From Vibrio cortegadensis (GTDB lineage: Bacteria; Pseudomonadota; Gammaproteobacteria; Enterobacterales; Vibrionaceae), in NCBI RefSeq assembly GCF_024347395.1, contig NZ_AP025472.1, positions 1,564,465-1,604,464 on the forward strand: 40,000 bases of DNA. The letters run 5' to 3'. Positions within the stretch are counted from its first letter, which is position 1. Each line of letters begins with the position of its first letter. Below, one piece after another: positions 19,540 to 26,885 of the stretch. The translations under genes were made by a program, and so were the position numbers. The notes below the pieces were generated by a model that saw only the letters and a program-made list of their open reading frames with translations, searched no databases and was not told the origin of the DNA.

Positions 19540-19891
19540 GAGATAGCGGAGATGATTCGGCCTCAAACGCTGCTAAACTTAGTACCAATGTCCCACAAGC
19601 CATTGAAATTCCAGACAATCCAAGACCTTCAAACTTTTTTGAAATTTGACTCCACAACGCCTGTTCCTCTGTTGTCTTTGCACGATCTGCTGCTAGACCA
19701 ATTAGAACCTTTTCTTTATCTTCGCCAATTTGATCAGCGATAAAAAGTGCTTTGTTTTCCTTAAGATAGCTTCGACCTTTCCTGATTTCAGTAATCATTT
19801 GCGGACTAAGTCCAAGTTCATGAGCAATTTGCTTATCTTGAACAAACTTCATGTGCTCTTTGTATGCATCTAGCAGATTCGAAGTGTACAT
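19514..19891 (-). CDS. Prophage HTH regulator (repressor-like), transcribed opposite to the phage operon
   Basis: 125 aa with an HTH-like segment DKQIAHELGLSPQMITEIRKGR. Its position and orientation resemble rstR of CTX-type and repressors of VGJ-type vibriophages. The last ~9 codons and the stop lie inside dif-like site A. Confidence 0.65.
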   Translation of the reverse strand: MYTSNLLDAYKEHMKFVQDKQIAHELGLSPQMITEIRKGRSYLKENKALFIADQIGEDKEKVLIGLAADRAKTTEEQALWSQISKKFEGLGLSGISMACGTLVLSLAAFEAESSPLSRCVLCVLC

Positions 19892-19929
19892 TTTGAAAAT
19901 CCTCTTCCTGTCTTATCCCTTTATTGTAG

Positions 19930-20005
19930 CCGATTACTACAGTAAATCTTGTATTTACAGCACAGAGATTCCTGTATTAAATGACTACAGAAATTACTGT
20001 ATTAC
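19930..20005. promoter_or_regulatory. Divergent promoter/operator region of the filamentous prophage, with TACAG/CTGTA repeats
   Basis: TACAG occurs at 19937, 19955 and 19985; CTGTA occurs at 19971 and 19996. They form inverted pairs (CTGTA-N9-TACAG, TACAG-N6-CTGTA) and direct repeats ACTACAG(T/A)AAT, between the repressor gene and the forward operon. Confidence 0.5.
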
Positions 20006-20126
20006 ACCCATTCGGTTTAAAGATTACTTCTCTCTAGGCCGTTTGGGTTCTCTTTTGACTGCCTTGGGCGTTTAGCCCTTGAAGCTTGCGCTCTCGGTGG
20101 TCACTCAACTGTTCAAGGTGGTTGTA

Positions 20127-20489
20127 ATGGAAATTAAAGTAAACCCTCATAATTCAGAAATTAAACATTTGGTTCATGGTGATATTAAATTCGATTACTT
20201 ACCGATTTCTGGTTTTGCTATTTTTCTTACTTTTTTTGAATCGACTGTTTCCACTTACATCAATCTTCCTCTAAACCCTAAAACGCTTGATGTTGTTCCT
20301 ACTACAGATTGGCACTCTGACGGCCTCAATAGAATTCCTGCTGTTTCTTGTAATTTTGATAATGAATTTAAGGTGATTTTAGAAACACATTCGGATTACT
20401 TAGTTTTCTGTCAGTTCTTTGGTGTTGAGCCTCTTCCGCTTATCTCTGACCATTTCCATCTCTTTAATGCTAATGCGTTGGAGGCTTAA
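20127..20489 (+). CDS. Hypothetical phage protein (first gene of the forward operon)
   Basis: ATG at 20127 (MEIKVNPHN) is preceded by AAGGTGG. The stop is 2 nt before the next start. No family recognised. Confidence 0.5.
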   Translation: MEIKVNPHNSEIKHLVHGDIKFDYLPISGFAIFLTFFESTVSTYINLPLNPKTLDVVPTTDWHSDGLNRIPAVSCNFDNEFKVILETHSDYLVFCQFFGVEPLPLISDHFHLFNANALEA

Positions 20490-20491
20490 TC

Positions 20492-20731
20492 ATGGAAAAC
20501 GTAATCCTTACCCCTGCTGATATTGATGCGATTGTCGAAGGCTTAACTGTTTTAGGAATTATTGTCACACTATCAGCAATGATGTTATTTCATGTGGCTA
20601 GGTTTTCTTTTGATTGCTTCATTCGAATGAGCATCAAAGAAGATATTGAACGTTTAAAACAAGTGCGTAGTGATTTATTAGCTGAAGTTACAGTTCTTCA
20701 CACTCCTAATTCTAAATTGGATTCGGAGTAA
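20492..20731 (+). CDS. Hypothetical small membrane protein (1 TM)
   Basis: 79 aa with TM LTVLGIIVTLSAMMLFHVA and a C-terminal coiled-coil-like segment. Tightly packed in the operon. Confidence 0.5.
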   Translation: MENVILTPADIDAIVEGLTVLGIIVTLSAMMLFHVARFSFDCFIRMSIKEDIERLKQVRSDLLAEVTVLHTPNSKLDSE

Positions 20732-20734
20732 ATC

Positions 20735-20956
20735 ATGACTAGCCCTTATGCGAACGGTGAAATCTACTACGACAACGAACCTAACGTTGGTGTGAATGCC
20801 TATTTCTCATGGGGGCATCATTTCTTTGCGTGTATGTCTGACTTCCGCGCTCACGTTGAACTGTCTCAAGCTCCAAACAGCTATGAACTGATTGAAATCA
20901 CCGACGATAACTATCGTTCACTTTGTCGAATTGGAGTGTTTGCTCATGTCTGCTGA
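20735..20956 (+). CDS. Hypothetical small phage protein
   Basis: 73 aa. It overlaps the inferred Rep start by 11 nt, suggesting translational coupling. Confidence 0.45.
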   Translation: MTSPYANGEIYYDNEPNVGVNAYFSWGHHFFACMSDFRAHVELSQAPNSYELIEITDDNYRSLCRIGVFAHVC

Positions 20957-22106
20957 TAAATTCGATAAATCCATTCGAGCGGTTAAGCCTTACAAGCCAC
21001 GCGATAAGCATCAATTCAAAGTTGATCACAAAGCATTAAGTGACACTGTGACACCTGTTTTTATTGACCACTTAGCATGGTCGATGCCGATACGTTCACT
21101 TTCTTATTTGGATGGCGCTCTAGATAAAGATTATGTCCCTTACATGATGCCTGTCTTCCATCAACCGAAAGGTTTAACGGCTGAACAACAAAACGAATAC
21201 GTAAAACGTTATCAGCAAGAATTCTATTTTCGAATGAATGTGTGCTTTGAATTGTTCATGCAAAAAGAGTTTGGAATGTTCCTTTCTCCTATGCGTGGCC
21301 GTGGTCTTCATGGTTATGAGGATTCAATGACTATCTTTGACATCACCAGAACGCATGAACTTGGTTTTGTGGGAATCGGTGGTAACAACGACACCATATA
21401 CATTCAGATTAATGGTACTGGTTGCCAATACCTTTTTAATAAGACTACGCCAGCTCGTGTTCATTGGTTACTGACTGAGATTTTTGTAGTGCCTTCCCTA
21501 TCCCGCCTTGATTTGGCTGTGGATGATTTCACTGGGAATTTCGACGCTAAATACGCTGAACGCTGTTGGTATGAAAAAGCTTTTAAATCTTCGCCTGACG
21601 CTCGTCGCCAAGGTTCAATGACACCTCACGTTAAATATAACGATGGTGGTTCACTGGATGAGGAAGCCACTTTAATCGGTAGCCGTTCTTCTACTCGCTA
21701 CTGGCGTATCTATAACAAAAAGTTCGAAAGAAAAATTACTGACCCTGATGTGGTTTGGTATCGGAATGAAGTGGAGCTTAAAAAAATCTCCGTCGATTTT
21801 CTCTCTGACATATCAGCGTCGTTCGCGGGTCTTTGTGACTTCGCGGCCTCTATCGAACCGACACCACCCAAACGTCACGACACCATAAAGAAAAAAGCGA
21901 TTTTGGACATTATGGGGAAAGTGGCGTGGGCAAGAAAGCAATGCGGAAAAACCCTTTCAGAAGTTATCGACTTTTATAACGGTGACTTAGAAAAAGCGTT
22001 TGGTCACTTAGTGCCTGACAAATACAAGACAAGAACGATTGATATGCCAGACGTTCATAAATCATTGGTTCAAGCGCATCTAGGCATAATCGACGCCCCT
22101 TTTTAA
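20946..22106 (+). CDS. Rolling-circle replication initiator (Rep_trans / gene II-X, RstA/Cri-like)
   Basis: Start moved to MSADKFDKS (ATG at 20946, GGAG 10 nt upstream). Motifs LSRLDLAVDDFTG and TLIGSRSSTRYWRIYNKKFE...WYRNEVELKK match the family pattern I remember for filamentous-phage and plasmid Rep_trans proteins. Confidence 0.8.
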   Translation: MSADKFDKSIRAVKPYKPRDKHQFKVDHKALSDTVTPVFIDHLAWSMPIRSLSYLDGALDKDYVPYMMPVFHQPKGLTAEQQNEYVKRYQQEFYFRMNVCFELFMQKEFGMFLSPMRGRGLHGYEDSMTIFDITRTHELGFVGIGGNNDTIYIQINGTGCQYLFNKTTPARVHWLLTEIFVVPSLSRLDLAVDDFTGNFDAKYAERCWYEKAFKSSPDARRQGSMTPHVKYNDGGSLDEEATLIGSRSSTRYWRIYNKKFERKITDPDVVWYRNEVELKKISVDFLSDISASFAGLCDFAASIEPTPPKRHDTIKKKAILDIMGKVAWARKQCGKTLSEVIDFYNGDLEKAFGHLVPDKYKTRTIDMPDVHKSLVQAHLGIIDAPF

Positions 22107-22121
22107 TCGGAGAAACACACT

Positions 22122-22499
22122 ATGAGTACAGCAACTGCCTTTTTCGTACATGGCATTAAACACACTATCTTCAAGAACTCGGGCAATGCATCGGCTTCCA
22201 TCTACGTTGGCCGCGCATTGAAAGACTTTTCAAACGACAACATGGAAATCAAAGCGGCGGGTTACTTTGACAGTATTGAAGAATTTGAAAAGAACCGCTT
22301 TAAACATTTGGCTATTGAGGAAGTTTACGCTGAGAAAGTGATTAACAGCCGCGCTTTCGTCCCTTATCAGCAATATGAATTACGCACTGCGCCTATGCCT
22401 GATAACCCAATGCAATCGCACGTTGTTGAGATTATTCCTGTTGATGCAGAAGTTAAAAAGCACTTCATGGAATCCATGAAACAAACACCAACTAAATAA
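22122..22499 (+). CDS. Putative ssDNA-binding protein (gene V analogue), assigned by position only
   Basis: 125-aa soluble protein directly after Rep, where inoviruses place their ssDNA-binding protein. No motif-level support. Confidence 0.35.
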   Translation: MSTATAFFVHGIKHTIFKNSGNASASIYVGRALKDFSNDNMEIKAAGYFDSIEEFEKNRFKHLAIEEVYAEKVINSRAFVPYQQYELRTAPMPDNPMQSHVVEIIPVDAEVKKHFMESMKQTPTK

Positions 22500-22520
22500 A
22501 ATTCACATTGGGAGCTAATT

Positions 22521-22742
22521 ATGATTTGTGCAAAGGTTGTTTCTAACACTCTTCAAGTTATTGATTTAGCTCCCGGTGAAGCTTGCCAATTCGTGACTCT
22601 GTTACAGCAGTCTGATTTTGCAAACCCTGAAGCGTTTCTTACAAAAGAGATTGTTTTTACTTTGCTTTCTGCGGCTGCTGGCGTTTATGGATTGGTTTTT
22701 GTGATTGATATATCACTTCGTCAACTTGGTTTTAGAGGATAA
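22521..22742 (+). CDS. Small hydrophobic virion or assembly protein
   Basis: 73 aa with a C-terminal TM (IVFTLLSAAAGVYGLVFVIDISL), directly upstream of the major coat gene. Confidence 0.4.
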   Translation: MICAKVVSNTLQVIDLAPGEACQFVTLLQQSDFANPEAFLTKEIVFTLLSAAAGVYGLVFVIDISLRQLGFRG

Positions 22743-22746
22743 AACT

Positions 22747-22944
22747 ATGAAAAAACTACTTGTAGGTGTTGCACTTACTGCCGTTGCATCAACTCCAGCT
22801 TTTGCGGCTATTGATGTTTCTGCTGCGACTACAGCTATCACTACTGATGGTACTGCGGCAGTTAGCTCAATCGGTCAGGCTTTAATCGGTCTAGCTGGTG
22901 TTGCTGTTGTCTTTAAATGGGCTAAAGGTTCAATTTTCGGTTAA
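22747..22944 (+). CDS. Major coat protein (pVIII-like)
   Basis: MKKLLVGVALTAVASTPAFA/AIDVS... has a signal peptide, an acidic/neutral N-terminus, a hydrophobic core (ALIGLAGVAVVF) and a basic C-terminus (KWAKGSIFG). A GAGGA RBS lies upstream and a strong terminator follows. Confidence 0.85.
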   Translation: MKKLLVGVALTAVASTPAFAAIDVSAATTAITTDGTAAVSSIGQALIGLAGVAVVFKWAKGSIFG

Positions 22945-22960
22945 ACCTTTATGTGAAATC

Positions 22961-22988
22961 GGGGGCTTCGGCTCCCTTTTTTTAGGAT
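22961..22988 (+). terminator. Intrinsic terminator after the major coat gene
   Basis: GGGGGC-TTCG-GCTCCC hairpin (UUCG tetraloop, one G-U pair) followed by TTTTTTT. Confidence 0.8.
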
Positions 22989-22994
22989 TTAATT

Positions 22995-23078
22995 ATGCCT
23001 CTTTATCTAACACCTCAAGACCTTATTTGGGGCTTCGTTCTTCTCCTCCTTTGGGATGCCTTTCGTCGTTTATTTTAA
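22995..23078 (+). CDS. 27-aa hydrophobic peptide (pVII/pIX-like minor coat candidate; not in the ORF track)
   Basis: My translation is MPLYLTPQDLIWGFVLLLLWDAFRRLF. It is preceded by the same 13-nt GGATTTAATTATG initiation region as the pIII-like gene. Confidence 0.4.
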   Translation: MPLYLTPQDLIWGFVLLLLWDAFRRLF

Positions 23079-23090
23079 TTGGATTTAATT

Positions 23091-24578
23091 ATGAGTATTA
23101 AACAAAGCATTACTTTTTTATTTTTATTCTTGGGTGTTTCGTTTAATGCTTCGGCATATTTTGAAAATTATAAGGGTGAAAAGTTTGATTCTTTAGATAC
23201 GGCCTTAACATCATATTTAAATTCTTGTGAGGCTAATGTTTATACCGGGCGGGCTTCTTATATTAAATTCATTGATGGCAGGGTTTCTTCTTCAACTTCT
23301 CTTTACTTAAGGTATTACACTTATACAGATTCAAATTGTTCCAATCTTTATACTGGGGCTAACAATTGGACAACTATTTCTTTCACAAATAATGAATGTC
23401 CTGTTGGTGAAACGTTCAATCAAACTACTGGCGAGTGTGAATCACCTCCTGTATGTACAGATGATCAAGTTTTAGATCCAAACACTGGTGAGTGTGCAGA
23501 GATTCCCTTTTGCAAACGTCAATCTACTTTAGAAGCTATTTTTTCTGAGGAACAAGCTTGTGCGGCTTCAAAAGGTATTTTTAATCATAGCTGTGATGAA
23601 TTCCTTGATAAGTTAGATATGAAATGTACACAGCCTACTGAGTGTGTCATTGGTATGCCAAACTATCCTGATTGTTTGGGTGATTTAAACCCTACAGACC
23701 CACTTACACCGCCTGACGATTTTAATCCTGACCCTTCGAACCCTTCTACTCCTGCGCCTCCATCATTTGATAAAGATGAACCCGATTCAGTTACGCCAGA
23801 TGACACCACTGATAAGGCTGTATTAACGGCTTTACAAAATTTGAATCGTGATAATAACAAAGCTTTTACAGCATTAAATACAGATTTGAATACTGGCTTT
23901 ACCTCGTTAGATAACAAACTTAAAACACTGAATAAATCCAATGATGCAATTGGTAAAGCTATCAAAGAGCAATCACAACAAGATGTTGCCATTCATAACG
24001 CTCAAACCTTATTAATGACTCAACAAACTGGTGCCATTATGAATGGTACTACACAGGTAGTTCAGGGGCTTAATACTCAAACAACACAGCTAAAAGGTTC
24101 TCTTGACGGTGTTGCTCAAGCTATTGGCAATTTACCGTCACAACTAAATGGTGATGTTACTAGTCAAGGTTGTTCTTCTTTTAATTGTACTGGTAGTGCT
24201 CCCAGTTGTTTTCTAGCTAAAGAACGCTGGAGAGTTAATTGTGATGAATTAAAGAATGAAGAATCTGCAACTGAGCAAGGTGCTTTGTTGACTGATACTT
24301 TTCAGGCGTTAACTGAATCAGCTACTGATGAACATGGTGCTTATACCAGTGTATTTACTGATGCCAATGGTTCTGTTGATGAAATGCTTGATGCTTATAC
24401 GTCTGATAATGGTTTCAGCTTTTCTTCTGGTTGTCCTTCACCTCGCACGTATGATTTAAAAATTGCGGTTTGGTCAATTGATTACACTCCTTTTTGTACA
24501 CTAGCTCTCGTATTTCGTGGGCTTCTTTTAGCTTCCGCCTCAATAGCTTCTTTTTTAATGGTAGCTAAATTCATGTAA
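23091..24578 (+). CDS. Minor coat / host-adsorption protein (pIII-like)
   Basis: It has a signal peptide (MSIKQSITFLFLFLGVSFNASA), a Cys-rich N-terminal region, a Pro/Asp-rich linker (DPLTPPDDFNPDPSNPSTPAPPSFD) and a C-terminal membrane anchor. This is the standard pIII architecture and position. Confidence 0.7.
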   Translation: MSIKQSITFLFLFLGVSFNASAYFENYKGEKFDSLDTALTSYLNSCEANVYTGRASYIKFIDGRVSSSTSLYLRYYTYTDSNCSNLYTGANNWTTISFTNNECPVGETFNQTTGECESPPVCTDDQVLDPNTGECAEIPFCKRQSTLEAIFSEEQACAASKGIFNHSCDEFLDKLDMKCTQPTECVIGMPNYPDCLGDLNPTDPLTPPDDFNPDPSNPSTPAPPSFDKDEPDSVTPDDTTDKAVLTALQNLNRDNNKAFTALNTDLNTGFTSLDNKLKTLNKSNDAIGKAIKEQSQQDVAIHNAQTLLMTQQTGAIMNGTTQVVQGLNTQTTQLKGSLDGVAQAIGNLPSQLNGDVTSQGCSSFNCTGSAPSCFLAKERWRVNCDELKNEESATEQGALLTDTFQALTESATDEHGAYTSVFTDANGSVDEMLDAYTSDNGFSFSSGCPSPRTYDLKIAVWSIDYTPFCTLALVFRGLLLASASIASFLMVAKFM

Positions 24579-24603
24579 TAAAAATAACTCATAGGTGATT
24601 TTT

Positions 24604-24984
24604 ATGGGATTCGTATATGGTGCCCTTTCTCTTGTTTTTACTTGGTTACGCAGTGCAATGCCTTGGCTTCTCGGTGCTGTCGGTGCTTCATTTTCTAACT
24701 GGATTGTAAGCGCGGGGTTTGGTGTCGTTGTCTTCTCTGGCTTTAATATTTTGACTAGTCGCCTCATTGGTACGGCTGTCAACTCGCTGAACGGCCTTGG
24801 TGATATTGGTGGGTTTGGTGCTGATATTGTTATGCTTCTCGGCTATATGTGGCTAGATAAAGCTCTTAACCTTGTTATTTCAACGGGTGCTTTTTTAATG
24901 GCGATTAAAGGAGTTCGTCAAGGTATTGCTATGCGTCAAGCTTGGTGGAAACCAGGTCAGAAAACTGGAGGAATGGAAGGTTGA
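24604..24984 (+). CDS. pVI-like minor coat membrane protein
   Basis: ~126-aa very hydrophobic protein between the pIII-like and Zot-like genes (an alternative GTG start lies at 24595). Confidence 0.6.
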   Translation: MGFVYGALSLVFTWLRSAMPWLLGAVGASFSNWIVSAGFGVVVFSGFNILTSRLIGTAVNSLNGLGDIGGFGADIVMLLGYMWLDKALNLVISTGAFLMAIKGVRQGIAMRQAWWKPGQKTGGMEG

Positions 24985-26312
24985 TTTATTTAAGAACTGG
25001 ATTGCCAGGGGCGTCTAAAACTCTTAACTCTTTACGTGAAATTGTGCTTTCTCACGATTCGGGGCGTGAGTATTACTATACAAACATCAAATTACTTATG
25101 TTGGATATTGATGTGGCCTGCTCGTTTTCTGGTTGGTATTACGGCTGGTATTTTCCAAACTTAAAAGACAAGGCTAGTATTCGTAAATTATCTAAGATAA
25201 TGAAACCAATTCACGATGATGGTGAATTTATCACTCTAAATGATGTTCCTTGGCTTCGCTCTCAATATGATAGCCACAATCATTTTGAGACTTGGCTTTA
25301 CTGGGTTCGTCGTGTTTATCCTAAGAAGAAACTTGAGAAGCTAGAATCTATTCTTGATGCTGCTCCTGAAGATACACAAGATAAGTTTGATTTAGTTCGA
25401 CCTCTTAATCTTGATTTTAGAAACTTTCCAGACCCAAATGACTGGCCTACTTTACCTAAGCGTTCAGTCATTCTGGTTGATGAGGTTCAACAATTCTTTC
25501 CACCTCGTGGTGTTGGTTCTCGCGTACCAAAGGCTATAGCAGCCCTTGAGACTCATCGACATGGTGGTTATGACCTTCATTTTGTCACACAAGACAGAAC
25601 CCTTTGTGATGCTAATTTACGTAAATTAGTTGGTCGCCATGTTCATTATTTCAATGCTCTTGGTGGTAAAAAGGTAACTCGCAAAGAAGCACCTAAATGT
25701 TTTGATCCTAATGATTATCATCAGTCTCAAACTGCTTCCAAAAAGATGATTAGCCATGATAAAAAGTTCTATGGTGTTTATTGGTCTGCTGAAATACATA
25801 CCCATAAGTTCAAATTTCCATTCATGGGCTTTGTTGCTATTTTCTTTTTATGTTTGATCCTTTATTCCGCTTATTCTCTATCATCTCAATTATTTGGTGG
25901 TTCAGACTCCAGTTCTCCAGCTGCGCCAACTCAACCAACGCCAATACAAACTGATTCACCTGACATAACAGAAAATCCTGTTGCGGATTTTGTTGATGAG
26001 TTATTAACTGATGTTTATATATCAGGCTCTGTTGTAGAACAGTTCTCTGATGATGTTGTTTACCACTATACATTTGTACGAAGTTCTGACGGTGCTGTTT
26101 TCTATCCCGAAGCAATGGAATTAACACTTGATCCATTAACGCCATGTTTGGCGAATATTAGAATTGGTGAATTGATACGGCCTGTTACTTGTAATCCGTT
26201 TTATGTTCGTGATTCATGGAAAGAAGAAGATATTGAAGATTCAGAAGATGGACAAGCAATTGCCAGTGCTGAGAGTTCAGAGAAATACAAACCCAATATT
26301 AAACTATTCTAA
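24981..26312 (+). CDS. zot: Zot-like assembly ATPase (pI homologue)
   Basis: Likely TTG start at 24981 (TTGA overlap with the upstream stop, GGAGGAATGGAAGG upstream). Similar to CTX-phage Zot as I remember it: GLPGASKT versus GAPGSYKT, VILVDEVQQFFPPR versus FLFIDECGRIWPPR, and ETHRHGGYDLHFVTQ versus DMHRHHGWDICLTT. It has a central TM and a C-terminal periplasmic domain. Confidence 0.85.
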   Translation: MIYLRTGLPGASKTLNSLREIVLSHDSGREYYYTNIKLLMLDIDVACSFSGWYYGWYFPNLKDKASIRKLSKIMKPIHDDGEFITLNDVPWLRSQYDSHNHFETWLYWVRRVYPKKKLEKLESILDAAPEDTQDKFDLVRPLNLDFRNFPDPNDWPTLPKRSVILVDEVQQFFPPRGVGSRVPKAIAALETHRHGGYDLHFVTQDRTLCDANLRKLVGRHVHYFNALGGKKVTRKEAPKCFDPNDYHQSQTASKKMISHDKKFYGVYWSAEIHTHKFKFPFMGFVAIFFLCLILYSAYSLSSQLFGGSDSSSPAAPTQPTPIQTDSPDITENPVADFVDELLTDVYISGSVVEQFSDDVVYHYTFVRSSDGAVFYPEAMELTLDPLTPCLANIRIGELIRPVTCNPFYVRDSWKEEDIEDSEDGQAIASAESSEKYKPNIKLF

Positions 26313-26720
26313 TTGCGCCCAGAAGCGCACCCAATGAACCTACCTACAAATGCGGATCAGCCCCGCAGGGATAAGCAAAGCACGTAGTGCAAGCGAAGCA
26401 CCAAGCCGCCCGACTTTGTTAACTGTGCCGTATGTCTAATCGGCGCGGTTAGCTTCACTATCCTTTGATCGTCCCACTCCCCACACCCTGCCAGAATGCT
26501 TTTAGTCTTTTAAAGGCTTGCGAGTGTCGAGCATGTCTTAATGATTTTTGTATTGGTTCGCGTGCGTGAGCAAAGGGATGGGAAGAGCGGAGCGCCGCCC
26601 TGCTCACGCCAACCCCCGTCATGTATTACGGGGGTACTATCCACGGAACTTTCAACCTTCCCCGACTATTCTCAAGTGTAACGCGCCAGTGTTTGAGCGT
26701 TAGCGAGTCTATATTACAAG
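26313..26720. other. ORF-free, G+C-richer structured intergenic segment (candidate inovirus origin / packaging / att region)
   Basis: No ORF of 60 aa or more on either strand. There are tandem hairpins: GCGTGAGCA (26564-26572) pairs with TGCTCACGC (26601-26609), and CCCCCGT (26613-26619) pairs with ACGGGGG (26628-26634). Confidence 0.5.
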
Positions 26721-26723
26721 TAT

Positions 26724-26746
26724 AAAAAAACCGCCCAATTGGGCGG
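26724..26746 (-). terminator. Intrinsic terminator of the exported-protein gene
   Basis: Perfect 16-nt palindrome CCGCCCAATTGGGCGG (26731-26746), followed on the minus strand by a 7-nt T-run. Confidence 0.8.
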
Positions 26747-26885
26747 CCGACTTCAAGCAAAGGTGTTCAAATTCTTAGAGTTCATAAACTGAACAAGCTT
26801 TACATTACAGAGTAATTTTGGCTCTCTCAATTCTCAATATAAATTATTAATACTCTCTCACATTTCATTGTAATTGATATGCTTC

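Noticed and set aside
19492-19743. 83-aa plus-strand ORF beginning inside dif-like site A
   Set aside because: It is antisense to the prophage regulator ORF, which has an HTH and a sensible position. Low-complexity translation.
22898-23101. 67-aa plus-strand ORF spanning the coat-gene terminator
   Set aside because: It runs through the 3' end of the coat gene and a strong terminator hairpin. The 27-aa ORF with its duplicated initiation cassette explains the region better.
23663-23992. 109-aa minus-strand ORF inside the pIII-like gene
   Set aside because: It is antisense to the Pro/Ser-rich linker of the pIII-like gene, and such regions generate spurious complementary ORFs.
26302-26331. Candidate junction site AACTATTCTAA-TTGCGCCC-AGAAGCGCACC right after the zot-like stop, which would split the 19.5-29.5 kb block into two elements
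   Set aside because: The putative XerD arm matches only 6 of 11 positions and the XerC arm only 7-8 of 11, with an 8-nt spacer. This is too weak to call by eye, so it is kept only as an alternative hypothesis to test with a matrix scan or junction PCR.
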